Of a stretch of 64,000 nt of DNA, positions 29,763-39,293 are shown piece after piece. This DNA comes from Trueperaceae bacterium (GTDB taxonomy: Bacteria > Deinococcota > Deinococci > Deinococcales > Trueperaceae). A program made the position numbers and the translations under genes. Numbering within the stretch: the stretch's first letter is position 1; every line of letters begins with the position of its first letter. Location: NCBI GenBank assembly GCA_965215565.1, contig CBDCDZ010000004.1, positions 3,520,001 through 3,584,000 of the forward strand, in the 5' to 3' direction. The notes beneath the pieces are model-generated. The model was given only the letters and a program-made list of their open reading frames with translations, did not search any database and was not told where the DNA came from.

Positions 29763-30419
29763 ATGACTCCTCCCGACTTATCCAGAGGCTGGCGTGACGT
29801 CAGCGTCACCGTCCGCACCGGCTTACCCGTGTGGCCTGGCAACCCGAGCGTAGACCTCACGCCCGTCCAGTCCTTCCCGCAGGGCGACGAGGTCACGATT
29901 TCCAAGCTCTCGCTAGGAGCGCACACGGGCACGCACATGGACGCGCCTCTGCACTTCATCCAGGCGGGCAAGACCATTGACGAGGTGCCCCTAGAGATTG
30001 GCTTAGGCAGCGCGCGGGTCATCGAAATCGAAAACCAAGAGGTCATCACCGTAGAGGAGTTGGAGAAACACACTATTGGAGCAGGTGAACGCCTCCTGTT
30101 CAAAACGCACAACTCAGCGCGTGACCTCTTTGCGAAAGACGACTTTACCGAGGACTACGTTTACATCTCAACCGAAGCGGGCGAGTACCTCGCGGATAAG
30201 GGCGTGATGCTCGTCGGCGTGGACTATATCTCGGTGGGCGGCTACCAGAAGAACGCGCCCGAGGTGCACCGCGCCCTGCTCGGCAACGGTGTGTGGATTG
30301 TCGAGGGGTTGGGGCTATCCCAAATCTCACCCGGCGCGTACGACTTGCTCTGCTTGCCGCTCAAACTCAAAGGGCTCGAGGCGTCCCCCGTCCGCGCTCT
30401 ATTGCGTGCTCGAGGCTAG
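29763..30419 (+). CDS. Cyclase family metal hydrolase (kynurenine formamidase-like)
   Basis: HTGTHMDAPLHF, GVDYIS, HRALL, IVEGL. Confidence 0.9.
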   Translation: MTPPDLSRGWRDVSVTVRTGLPVWPGNPSVDLTPVQSFPQGDEVTISKLSLGAHTGTHMDAPLHFIQAGKTIDEVPLEIGLGSARVIEIENQEVITVEELEKHTIGAGERLLFKTHNSARDLFAKDDFTEDYVYISTEAGEYLADKGVMLVGVDYISVGGYQKNAPEVHRALLGNGVWIVEGLGLSQISPGAYDLLCLPLKLKGLEASPVRALLRARG

Positions 30420-30570
30420 GTTCTGCGTAGCACGTTCCTTTGAGTTTCGTCGTGCTGGATGGAGAAGCAAGAAGAGGGGAAGCCGGACGTGCGGTTGGCT
30501 GCTCTTGTAAGAGGTCTAGTTACTCGTACAAGCTGCTGTGCCGCGTCGGAGGAGAACGGTAAGCTGTTCT

Positions 30571-31497
30571 ATGGATTTACCTCCCGTTCCGAAGGGCGTG
30601 GCTCGAGCCTTCACCCCCGCCCACGTTCCCTTGCCGCTACCCGAAGAACACCGCTTCCCTATCTCGAAGTACGCCCGGCTCGCCGAGAAGTTGCGCGCGT
30701 TGGGTTGGCAAGTCGATAACGCGCCGAGTGCGCCGCTAGAGGACCTTGAGCGCGTCCACACGAAAGACTATCTTCACGCGCTGAAAACGTGCACGCTGGA
30801 CCGCAAAGCCGAGCGCAAACTGGGCTTTCCGCAATCCGCAGCGCTGTGGCAGCGCTCCTTACATAGCGTCGGCGGCACGCTTGCGGCGTTTCACGACGCC
30901 CTAGAAAGAGGGTACGGCGTCAACTTAGCAGGCGGCACGCACCACGCCTATCCGGGTCACGGCGAGGGGTTCTGCGTCTTCAACGATTACGCCGTTGCGA
31001 TTCGCCGCGCGTTTCACTACGGTCTCGCGGAGAAGTTCTTCGTCATCGACTTAGACGTGCATCAGGGTAACGGTACGGCGAAGATATTTGGGGGCGACGA
31101 TAGCGTCTTCACGCTGAGCGTGCACGGCGCGCGCAACTATCCCTTTCAAAAGGAGCGGAGTAACCGCGATATTCCTCTAAGTGATGGGATAGAGGACGAA
31201 GAGTATCTCGAGCTGATCCGCGCCGAACTCCCGCCCCTCATGCAAGAGGTGGGACCGGACGTAATGCTTTACATCGGCGGCGTGGACGTACTAGCGAGTG
31301 ACCGCTTCGGGCGCATGGCGCTCTCTCAAGAGGGCGTAAAGCAGCGGGACCGCTTCGTGTTCGAACTCTGCAAAAGCGCGGACGTACCCCTCGTCTACAC
31401 GATGGGCGGCGGCTACCAAAAAGACATCGAGGTGACGCTAGCGGGGCATGTGGCGGGGCTGCAGGAGCTTAGAGAGGTGATGGTTGATGTCTCCTAG
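30571..31497 (+). CDS. Histone deacetylase family protein
   Basis: HRFPISKY, GGTHHA, GFCVFND, DLDVHQGNGT, GGGY. Confidence 0.92.
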   Translation: MDLPPVPKGVARAFTPAHVPLPLPEEHRFPISKYARLAEKLRALGWQVDNAPSAPLEDLERVHTKDYLHALKTCTLDRKAERKLGFPQSAALWQRSLHSVGGTLAAFHDALERGYGVNLAGGTHHAYPGHGEGFCVFNDYAVAIRRAFHYGLAEKFFVIDLDVHQGNGTAKIFGGDDSVFTLSVHGARNYPFQKERSNRDIPLSDGIEDEEYLELIRAELPPLMQEVGPDVMLYIGGVDVLASDRFGRMALSQEGVKQRDRFVFELCKSADVPLVYTMGGGYQKDIEVTLAGHVAGLQELREVMVDVS

Positions 31498-31639
31498 AGG
31501 ATAGTCTGACTATCTGTTCCAATACCGAGAGGGAACCAGCAATGAGTTGAAAGTAGAAAACCTTACGCCTTTGCTCATTGCTTTCAACTCATTGCTTCCT
31601 TGCGCAATCGCCCGCCCATCAAGCTGCAAACTGCGCACC

Positions 31640-32593
31640 TCAGCTATTCAAGTTATACGTCAAAAACATCGCCGCTTCCTCCTCGCCGTAGTCCATCAAG
31701 TCGCGAATGAACCCCGGACGGCGGTCTAATTTGCTCGCGTAGTCGAGGTCGCGGTCCATGATGATGCGCCGGGTGCGGACTTGGCGGTAGCCGTCGCCTG
31801 TGAGACTACCTTCAGCGATGAGGTCGTTCATGCGCTCGATGAACTGCAGGTCGCGCTCCAAAGAGAGATTGCCGATGAGTTCGTTATGCCTGTCGGTGAT
31901 CTCCGCGAAGGAGCGCGGCGGCTCGGGGCGCGTTTTCGGGTTGATCTGCACCACCCATAGCTCGTCGGGGCGCGCGTCCAAGAGGCTCAAGAGGGGCGGG
32001 TTTTGCGAGAAGATGCCGTCCCAGTAGTAGTCGCCCTCAATCTCCACAGCTTGGAAGAGGCTGGGGATCGCAGCGGAGGCTAGGAGGGCTCGAGCGCTCA
32101 CCTCTAAATCTTTGAACACCTTGAACTCACCGCTCAAAACGTTGACGGCGCTCACAAAGAGGTGCGGGCTTGTTTCGCTGAATGCCTGAGCAATCCTCTC
32201 CGGCTCGAAGAGGTCGCTCACCTCCCGCTTCAACTCCCTATGCGCCCAATCGACGGGCGAGTCGTTCGGGTTGAGGCTCGGCAAGCCGCCCCGCTCGCCT
32301 GCTCTGAGCGCATGAATGACGACGTTGTTGAGCCAGACCTCTTGCAGCGAGTCGGCTAGATTGCGCGACCAGAACCGCTCCAGTGCCGCCGTGCCGCCGC
32401 CCAACAAAAGACCCTGCCACGCCAGCGCCGCGCAGATCGCCCCGCCCGAGGTGCCGCTCAAGCCGACGACTTCGAAGGGTCTCTTTTCTTCCAAGAGGTG
32501 TTTGAGGACGCCGGCGGTAAACGCCGTGTGGCTGCCGCCACCCTGACAGGCGATGGCGACTCGGGGGACCGAGCGAGAAGGAGAGGTCATCAA
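31640..32593 (-). CDS. Patatin-like phospholipase
   Basis: QGGGSH, GTSGG, ASAAIP, WDG. Confidence 0.9.
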   Translation of the reverse strand: MMTSPSRSVPRVAIACQGGGSHTAFTAGVLKHLLEEKRPFEVVGLSGTSGGAICAALAWQGLLLGGGTAALERFWSRNLADSLQEVWLNNVVIHALRAGERGGLPSLNPNDSPVDWAHRELKREVSDLFEPERIAQAFSETSPHLFVSAVNVLSGEFKVFKDLEVSARALLASAAIPSLFQAVEIEGDYYWDGIFSQNPPLLSLLDARPDELWVVQINPKTRPEPPRSFAEITDRHNELIGNLSLERDLQFIERMNDLIAEGSLTGDGYRQVRTRRIIMDRDLDYASKLDRRPGFIRDLMDYGEEEAAMFLTYNLNS

Positions 32594-32655
32594 CGTGCAT
32601 TATCACGTGTCAGGTGAGGAAGCGCAAGCTTTTGAGTGCGTCAGCATTTCAGCAT

Positions 32656-32733
32656 AGGTTAGAGCAAAGCTCAAAGGCTCTTAGCCTTCACCTCAGGTTA
32701 GAGCAAAGCTCACTAGGCTCTTAGCCTTCACCT
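32656..32733. repeat. 38/39-bp tandem direct repeat in a divergent promoter region
   Basis: AGGTTAGAGCAAAGCTCA(A/CT)AGGCTCTTAGCCTTCACCT twice, flanked by TCAGCA and GCTGAC short repeats. Confidence 0.85.
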
Positions 32734-32850
32734 GTGTCAGCTTGTTAGGAAAACCTAAAACCTGAAGTGCTGACTCGCTGACGTGCTGACCTGCTTTCTA
32801 TGTCCACAACCCTTTGCCTGGGCGCTCACCTTTTGTTACACTAAGCGCTT

Positions 32851-34260
32851 ATGACGTTAGCTGCGCCTAAGCCCTTCCTAACGAACGCACCCTACACCGC
32901 TAAGATTGCGCAAGTCAGCCCTGGCTCGCCAGCGGCGGAGGTGGGCGTGCAAGCGGGCTGGGAGTTGGTGCAGGTCAACGGCGTCTTTATTCCCGACATC
33001 TTGGCGTACCGCCGCGAGTTGGAGCGCGGCGTAGCAACCTTAAAGGTGCGTGACCCGCTCTTGGGGGACGAGTTGGATTTCACCGTGGAGTGGGAAGACC
33101 CTGGGCTCGAGTTTGGCGAGGTCATCTTCGACGGGCTCAAGCTCTGCGCGAACAAGTGCGAGTTCTGCTACGTCCACCAAATGCCCAAGGGCTTCCGCAA
33201 GTCGCTCTACGTTATGGACGACGACTTCCGTACCTCTTTCTTGTACGGCTCCTTCGTCACGCTGACCAACCTCACCGACGCGGATATAGGGCGCATCGTG
33301 AACGAGCACCTGAGCCCGATGTACGTCTCGGTGCACACCACGAACGAAGATTTGCGCAAGGATATGATGAAGTGGTGGCGCTTAAAGGTTAAAGACGAGC
33401 GTGCAACGAAGATTCGCGACATGCTCAAGAGGTTGGAAAGCATCGACCTCTACACGCAGATGGTCTTGCTGCCGGGGCGCAATGACGGCGAGCATCTGGA
33501 TGAGACCTTGGCGTTCTTAGCCTCGCAGGACAACGTGCTGGCGGCGGCGTGCGTGCCCGTCGGCTTGACAGACCACCGCACGAACCTGCCCGATCTGCGC
33601 ACCTTTACCGAGGAAGAGGCGCGGGACGTGCTACGCCGCGTTCACGCCTTCCAGAAGCGGATGTTAGCTGAGCGCGGTACCCGCTTCATCTTTCCGAGCG
33701 ACGAATTCTACCTCTTGGCGGGCGAGCCCTTGCCGAACGAAGAGGCGTACGAAGGTTTTCCAATGTTGGAGAACGGCGTCGGCATGGTGCAGGACTTCTT
33801 GAGCGAGCCGCTCTCCACCTCTCCCGTGCGCCTGCCGCGGCCTAAAAAGGTCATTTTGGCGACGGGGAAGCTCTTCGCACCCGTGCTGGAGCGTGCTGTC
33901 GAACCGCTTAAAGAGGTAGAGGGGTTAGACCTCGAGGTCCGCGCCCTCAAAAACCGCACCTTCGGCGAGGTGACGACTGTCGCCGGACTTTTGGCCGGGC
34001 GCGACTTCCTCACGCAGATTGCGCCCGGCGAGGCTGACCTCTTGCTCGTCTCGCCAAATGTGTTCAAATACGGCACCGAGACGATGCTGGACGAGCGCAC
34101 CTTGGATGATTTACGCGGTGAGTTAAAGATGGCGGTCGAAGTCGGCGGTACGAACCTGCGTGAACTCACCGAGGTGATTTTTAGCGGGGTAGGGGAGAGG
34201 CACATGCCGCAGTTCGGCTTTTCGACGCACGCGGTGAAAGAGGCGGCGAAGCAGCACTGA
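32851..34260 (+). CDS. PDZ + radical-SAM-like DUF512 Fe-S protein
   Basis: GSPAAEVG, CANKCEFCYVHQMPKG, DDDFRTSFLYGSFVTLTN, ENGVG. Confidence 0.88.
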   Translation: MTLAAPKPFLTNAPYTAKIAQVSPGSPAAEVGVQAGWELVQVNGVFIPDILAYRRELERGVATLKVRDPLLGDELDFTVEWEDPGLEFGEVIFDGLKLCANKCEFCYVHQMPKGFRKSLYVMDDDFRTSFLYGSFVTLTNLTDADIGRIVNEHLSPMYVSVHTTNEDLRKDMMKWWRLKVKDERATKIRDMLKRLESIDLYTQMVLLPGRNDGEHLDETLAFLASQDNVLAAACVPVGLTDHRTNLPDLRTFTEEEARDVLRRVHAFQKRMLAERGTRFIFPSDEFYLLAGEPLPNEEAYEGFPMLENGVGMVQDFLSEPLSTSPVRLPRPKKVILATGKLFAPVLERAVEPLKEVEGLDLEVRALKNRTFGEVTTVAGLLAGRDFLTQIAPGEADLLLVSPNVFKYGTETMLDERTLDDLRGELKMAVEVGGTNLRELTEVIFSGVGERHMPQFGFSTHAVKEAAKQH

Positions 34261-34336
34261 CTCGAGACTTCCTTTACATTCTCCTTCCCGTTCGCGTGTA
34301 AAAATCGGGAATGCAGACGTTCAAAGGGCTTCAGCG

Positions 34337-34657
34337 GTGACGGTCTCCCTTCTCATCCTCTTCTGCACGGCGGTGTGCGCGTTCGTAACCTTGCAGATGC
34401 AAGACGAGCCGGATGTAGATGCGCCCAGGGACGTGCCTAAAGTTTCAACCCGTTTTCTCCTCGTGCTCGGCGGACTTGTGGTCTTGGCGACGTTTATCGT
34501 TTTCCCTTCGAACCCAGTAGAGTGGTCACTCGGTAACGTCGTGCTTTTTTTAGCGGAGCACACGCTCAATCCGCTGCGGATTTTAGGTATTTTGGTGCTT
34601 GGCGGTGGGATTTTCTATTCAGCAGTGTGGGCATTATACCTTCAGCGGCGACGTTAG
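34337..34657 (+). CDS. Small membrane protein, hypothetical
   Basis: Three hydrophobic segments; start uncertain. Confidence 0.55.
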   Translation: MTVSLLILFCTAVCAFVTLQMQDEPDVDAPRDVPKVSTRFLLVLGGLVVLATFIVFPSNPVEWSLGNVVLFLAEHTLNPLRILGILVLGGGIFYSAVWALYLQRRR

Positions 34658-34745
34658 TAAAATTTCCAACACTGTGTTACCTCCTGTGCTAAAAACGTTT
34701 TAAGCTTAATTCGAGTGAGAGAACGCCGTGCTACACTCTGCAGAG

Positions 34746-35522
34746 ATGAGTAAGCATTCAGAGGAGAAGAGGTTGCTGAGAGTCGTTGGCTTAGTCACCT
34801 CTCTAGGTCTTGCTATTATTTTGCTCGGGTTTACTTGGCGCGACGCACCCGGTTCTGGGTTTGTACAAGAGACGCTTCAGTCCGCGTGGCAAGGTGCCAT
34901 CAACGCGGCGCGCGGACCCGTGCGCATCGGCATTCAGGTTGGTCATGAGAACGTGGCGGCGCATCCCGAGGAACTCGCCCGGTTGAGATACAACACGGGC
35001 GGACATGCGAACGGTCTCGATGAGGTGGACCTCAACCGCGCGGTGGCAGAAGCGTTGCGAGGCCGGTTAGAGGCTCATGGCGTTACGGTGGAGTTGCTGA
35101 GCGCCACACCGCCCCCGGGCTACTACGCCGACCTCTTTCTCTCACTCCACGCCGACAGCGTCACCGACCCTACCCGGCGCGGCTACAAATCCGCTTACTT
35201 CGAGCCCGAGCGCAACCCGTTGGAGCCGCGCCTCAAGGCTTACATCGACCACGCTTACCTGAGCGCGTCGGGCTTCCCCGATGACCATCACAACACCACA
35301 CGGAACATGCACCGCTACTACGCTTTTAACGCCTGGCGCTACCGCCACAGCGTCCATCCGGGGACGCCCGCGCTCCTCGTGGAGATGGGCTACTTGAGTA
35401 GCGCAGCAGACATGGCGTTTTTGAACTACCCGGAGCAGCCGGCGGCGGCGCTGAGCCGGGGCATCGTAGAGTTCCTCCAGGCGCAAGGACGCTTGCCGGG
35501 CGAACTTACCGAACTCGAATAA
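34746..35522 (+). CDS. N-acetylmuramoyl-L-alanine amidase (Amidase_3-like)
   Basis: N-terminal TM; IQVGH, EVDLN, FLSLHAD, PALLVEMGYLS. Confidence 0.82.
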   Translation: MSKHSEEKRLLRVVGLVTSLGLAIILLGFTWRDAPGSGFVQETLQSAWQGAINAARGPVRIGIQVGHENVAAHPEELARLRYNTGGHANGLDEVDLNRAVAEALRGRLEAHGVTVELLSATPPPGYYADLFLSLHADSVTDPTRRGYKSAYFEPERNPLEPRLKAYIDHAYLSASGFPDDHHNTTRNMHRYYAFNAWRYRHSVHPGTPALLVEMGYLSSAADMAFLNYPEQPAAALSRGIVEFLQAQGRLPGELTELE

Positions 35523-35528
35523 GCTTAG

Positions 35529-35822
35529 CTACCGCCCGAGCAGACGCACCTCTTGCGCCGTGACGTTTCTACCCTCGAGCGAGCCGCGAACGTAGACAGC
35601 GCTCCCCGAAGAGAGGTCCGTCAAGGTCAGAGTTTCGCCACCTTGTGACACCACGCGCGTCCCCTCCGGCACCGCAACGCGGAGCGTTACGCCGCGTTCA
35701 GAACGCACCTCGAGGGGGTGTGCCGAGACGACCACCGCGGTAAACGCAGTGTCGGGTATGCAGTCGGCGGCGGGCGCGCACGCGGCGAGTAGGGAGAAAA
35801 GAGCAGCATATATGAATCTCAT
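35529..35822 (-). CDS. Small lipoprotein (beta-rich)
   Basis: Lipobox LAAC after MRFIYAALFSL. Confidence 0.65.
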   Translation of the reverse strand: MRFIYAALFSLLAACAPAADCIPDTAFTAVVVSAHPLEVRSERGVTLRVAVPEGTRVVSQGGETLTLTDLSSGSAVYVRGSLEGRNVTAQEVRLLGR

Positions 35823-35833
35823 TACGTCCACTA

Positions 35834-36257
35834 TAGCGGTTATCAGAAGTAAAGCAGTGCACAGAAGTACTGAATTGGAATAGCGCAAGTCTCAGCCTGC
35901 TAAGGCTAGCGGGATTTCATTCTCAAATGTGCGTGCTGCTTTCTGAAAGCCCGTAGGGACGAAGTTTTCGCAAAGCGAATGACGTAGTTTGCCGTTAGGC
36001 AACGGTGTTCTACATCGTGAGAGCGTTGCTCCGCTTACGAAGTTTCCCTTTCGCAGATGCGAAAACGGTGTAACCGGGAAAAACTTATGTACACTCAAAC
36101 CAAATGATACTTGCTATATTGGACCGAAATAGCGCAGATTTCACAGCTTTGCTGTAACGGAACTTCATCCGACAATGTGCGTGCTAGTTGTCGTTCTATC
36201 ATGTGAGACTGGCTCAAACCAGATGAAGTCGCGTGGGCGCTCCCGCTGGACCTGCTA
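35834..36257 (-). mobile_element. Family A element (outer copy), split by a nested Family A copy
   Basis: 35834-35851 plus 36119-36257 rejoin into one element collinear with the core; TA on both outer flanks. Confidence 0.75.
35852..36116 (-). mobile_element. Family A element (inner copy) with three micro-insert blocks
   Basis: AAGCAGTGCACAGAAGTAC...CAAATGATACTTGCTA, flanked by TA at 35850-51 and 36117-18. Confidence 0.8.
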
Positions 36258-36446
36258 TATAGCGTAGCCGCTAATGACTTGATGAGGGAGAGGTGTGTGC
36301 GAGGAAACCTTGTGACAACGCGGCTGACTTTAGCGCTACGCTACACCTCTGTAAATAACCGCGTGACATGCTGACATGTTGCAAAGGACGCGCGCCGCTG
36401 GGGGCTTTTGGGGAGGTGGCGAAACGGAACGCTCGAGGAGAGACAC

Positions 36447-37421
36447 ATGGCAGTGAAAGACTCCAAGCCCGAAGAGAACGAAACTGAAGACGTCGAAGCT
36501 ACCGATTATCAGGAGGCGGCTCCCTCGGTCAAAGATGCGCCCGCATCGGGACAAGCGGTACGCGACCGGTTCGGTTTCGATGAGATTTTCAAGCGCGTGT
36601 TGGCAACCGCCGACCATGAGCTGTCACGCCCTTTGGCGTTACTTTTCTGGAGCGGGTTTGCGGGCGGCGGGACGCTGGGTTTCAGTTTGCTCGCCAAAGC
36701 GGCTATGGACGCGAGTACGGGCAGCGAGATGCTCGGCAACCTCGTCTATCCCATCGGCTTTATCTTTTTGATTATCGGGCGCTATCAACTTTTCACTGAG
36801 AACACGCTGACACCCGTCGCTTTAGTTTTTACCCGCCTAGCGAGTTTAAGAGATTTAGGGCGGATTTGGGGCATCGTCTTTCTCGCTAACATCCTGGGTG
36901 CGGTGGCAATCGCGCTGCTCTTCGCTACCACGCCTCTCCTCACCGTCGAAGCGGCGGAGGCCGCGCGGGGCTACGCTGAGCACCTCATGGAAGTGTCTTG
37001 GTCGGCAGCCTTTTTCAAGGCGGTCGTGGCGGGTTGGATTCTAGCTGGGCTCGTCTGGCTCGTTCACGCCGTGCCAGACAGCATCTCGCGCGTCCTGCTC
37101 ATCTGGTTCCTCATGTTCGTCCAGGTGTTCGCCGCCCCCTTCCACTGCATCGTTGGCTCGGTCGAGGTGCTCTACCTAGTTTTTTCGGGCGGCGCACATA
37201 TCAGCGAATATCTAGGCCAGTTTCTGTTGCCCGTGACACTCGGTAACACGGTAGGCGGGGTCGTTGCCGTCGCCTTACTCAACTACGCGCAGTTCGGCGC
37301 GGATAAAGAGGGCAGCTCCTTCGCGGAGCGCGGCGAACGCCTCTCCTGGGACGAGTGGTTCTTCGCCAAAACGCACCGCGCGCCGTCGAAGCCCTTCGGC
37401 GGTCTGAGCGAGCATGACTAG
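36447..37421 (+). CDS. Formate/nitrite transporter family (YfdC-like)
   Basis: YPIGF, QLFTENTLTPV, HCIVGS, TLGNTVGG; GAGGAG RBS. Confidence 0.88.
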   Translation: MAVKDSKPEENETEDVEATDYQEAAPSVKDAPASGQAVRDRFGFDEIFKRVLATADHELSRPLALLFWSGFAGGGTLGFSLLAKAAMDASTGSEMLGNLVYPIGFIFLIIGRYQLFTENTLTPVALVFTRLASLRDLGRIWGIVFLANILGAVAIALLFATTPLLTVEAAEAARGYAEHLMEVSWSAAFFKAVVAGWILAGLVWLVHAVPDSISRVLLIWFLMFVQVFAAPFHCIVGSVEVLYLVFSGGAHISEYLGQFLLPVTLGNTVGGVVAVALLNYAQFGADKEGSSFAERGERLSWDEWFFAKTHRAPSKPFGGLSEHD

Positions 37422-37600
37422 GCGCACCTCAGTCGTGAGCGAGATCGGTGAAGCGCCAGCGAACGGTTAGATACGCGCTAACCTCGCTCAGCCTTGAGGT
37501 GATTTTTGGGTAGGTCTGCTCATGAGCATGAGGTTTGCCCTTAATACTGGATGGGAACGAAGCGGTACGTTTTTACTGGATTATGAAGGATGCTATATCG

Positions 37601-37635
37601 AAAGGGCGAGCCACCCGCAAGTGGCCCGCCCTTTT
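37601..37635. terminator. Bidirectional intrinsic terminator after rplT and the FNT gene
   Basis: AAAGGGCGAGCCAC-CCGCAA-GTGGCCCGCCCTTTT. Confidence 0.7.
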
Positions 37636-37718
37636 CTTCCGACGATCTAATGTGTTTGGCTAGTCTGTTATGTTCTCCACCGAGACCATGACCATAGTAG
37701 GCTGAACAATCTTTCTCC

Positions 37719-38075
37719 TTACGCGCTGGCGCTCTTCGACTTCTCCACGAGCTGCTTAAACGCTTCGGGCTGCTGCACGGCTAAGTCGGCGAGCATTTTA
37801 CGGTTGATTTCCACGCCCGACTTGCGCAACCCGCTCATGAAAACAGAGTAGCTCAGACCCTCTTGGCGGGTGGCGGCGTTGATGCGCGAAATCCAGAGGC
37901 GGCGAAAGTCGTTCTTCTTGTCGCGGCGGTCTCTGTATTCGTAGTCAGCGGCGTTAAGGAGGGTCTGCTGCGCGATACGGAAGCTGCGCGAGCGCAGTCC
38001 CCAAAAGCCTTTGGCGCGTTTTAAGACCTTCTTGTGCTTGTTGCGGCGGACGGTGCTGGTTTTTGCTCTTGGCAT
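37719..38075 (-). CDS. rplT: 50S ribosomal protein L20
   Basis: [32 protein letters not shown]. Confidence 0.98.
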   Translation of the reverse strand: MPRAKTSTVRRNKHKKVLKRAKGFWGLRSRSFRIAQQTLLNAADYEYRDRRDKKNDFRRLWISRINAATRQEGLSYSVFMSGLRKSGVEINRKMLADLAVQQPEAFKQLVEKSKSASA

Positions 38076-38086
38076 CGTCTAATCCC

Positions 38087-38284
38087 TTAGTCGTACGGCA
38101 GGAGCTTCTTGATGCGCTCCGCCTCGGGCTTGGCGATGATAAGGTCCGTGCGTCCTTGACGGATGCGCTTGCCACTCTTTTTGTAGTTGAGGTGGCGCTT
38201 GCCGCTCTTCATAGCCGTGACCTTACCTCGCCCAGTGACTTTGACACGGGCTTTGGTGCCCTTATGGGTCTTTAATTTCGGCAT
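38087..38284 (-). CDS. rpmI: 50S ribosomal protein L35
   Basis: MPKLKTHKG, GKRHLN, KKLLPY. Confidence 0.97.
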   Translation of the reverse strand: MPKLKTHKGTKARVKVTGRGKVTAMKSGKRHLNYKKSGKRIRQGRTDLIIAKPEAERIKKLLPYD

Positions 38285-38435
38285 TTCTTTCTCCTTGTCC
38301 TTGCATGTTAGGCAGGACCTCTTCGACGTTTCATAACTTTTGAGTTCTCGGATTGAGCAGATTGTCCAGGAGAGATTTTAAGGCTCGAGCCTCAGTGAAC
38401 CCCACTATCTGACCAGATGAAACCCGCTACGCAGA

Positions 38436-38957
38436 TTAGGCGGACGCCTCTTTCGACGGACCTAACACCATATTCATATCCATGCCTGCGATGCTCGGCG
38501 CGGATTCAACGGTTGCCATCTCCGAGACGTCGCTGGCGACGCGGTTCAAAATCTCTTGACCCAACTCGGGGTGAGTGCGTTCGCGCCCGCGAAACATGAT
38601 GGTGACTTTGACCTTATGACCGCCCTTGAGAAAGCGCTTCACGTGATTGACCTTCGTGTTGTAGTCGTGGTCGTCGATCTTCACGCGAAACTTGATGGCT
38701 TTCATCTCCTGCTGACGAGACCGCTTGCGGGCTTCTTTCTCCTGCTGCTGCATCTCGTAGCGGTACTTGCCGTAGTCCAATAGTTTGGCGACGGGGGGCT
38801 GGGCTTGTTCACCTACTAGGACAAGGTCGAGTTCGGCGTCACGCGCCATGCGGAGCGCGTCTCTCGTGTCGACGATGCCTTGCTGCTGACCGTCCTCCAT
38901 GATGAGACGTACCTGCCGCGCCCGAATCTGCTCGTTAATCTTCAGCTCTTTAGCTAT
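38436..38957 (-). CDS. infC: Translation initiation factor IF-3 with AUA start
   Basis: INEQIRA, LDYGKYRY, IDDHDY, IMFRGRE; GGAGGT lies 7 nt before ATA at 38957. Confidence 0.95.
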   Translation of the reverse strand: MAKELKINEQIRARQVRLIMEDGQQQGIVDTRDALRMARDAELDLVLVGEQAQPPVAKLLDYGKYRYEMQQQEKEARKRSRQQEMKAIKFRVKIDDHDYNTKVNHVKRFLKGGHKVKVTIMFRGRERTHPELGQEILNRVASDVSEMATVESAPSIAGMDMNMVLGPSKEASA

Positions 38958-38967
38958 GGACAACACC

Positions 38968-39085
38968 TCCAGAAGTCTGCTGCTCGGCGGCGTCCTATTT
39001 TGCCTGTAGCGAGCCGGGCATCCTCCTGGTGGAGTCGGTGCGGCTCTGCACACAAAACGTGGTACACCGTCGCTGCTTCTTGTAC
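38968..39085 (-). promoter_or_regulatory. Candidate structured L20 leader of infC-rpmI-rplT
   Basis: AGAAG...CGGTGT can pair with ACGCCG...CTTCT next to the SD; position matches known L20 leaders. Confidence 0.4.
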
Positions 39086-39293
39086 AGCGCTCGAGTGTAG
39101 CAAATAAACGCCACCTAATCAATGCGAGAGGCGACTTTACCGTTACAACGTACGTGCGCGGTCCAATGTAGGACGCGATAGGGAAAGCGGAGCAGAAGTT
39201 CGGTGGAGAGGAAAGCAAAGAATGAGGAGAGAAAGCCCTGCTTCTCTCCCTATTCGCTCAACAACAAACTTGTGAGATTGGACTCCCGGCTCG

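Noticed and set aside
32656..32733. 38-bp repeat as a CRISPR array
   Set aside because: Two units separated by one base; no spacers.
38958..39218. N-terminal extension of IF-3 in the ORF track
   Set aside because: IF-3 similarity starts at IAKELKIN, and the SD precedes the ATA.
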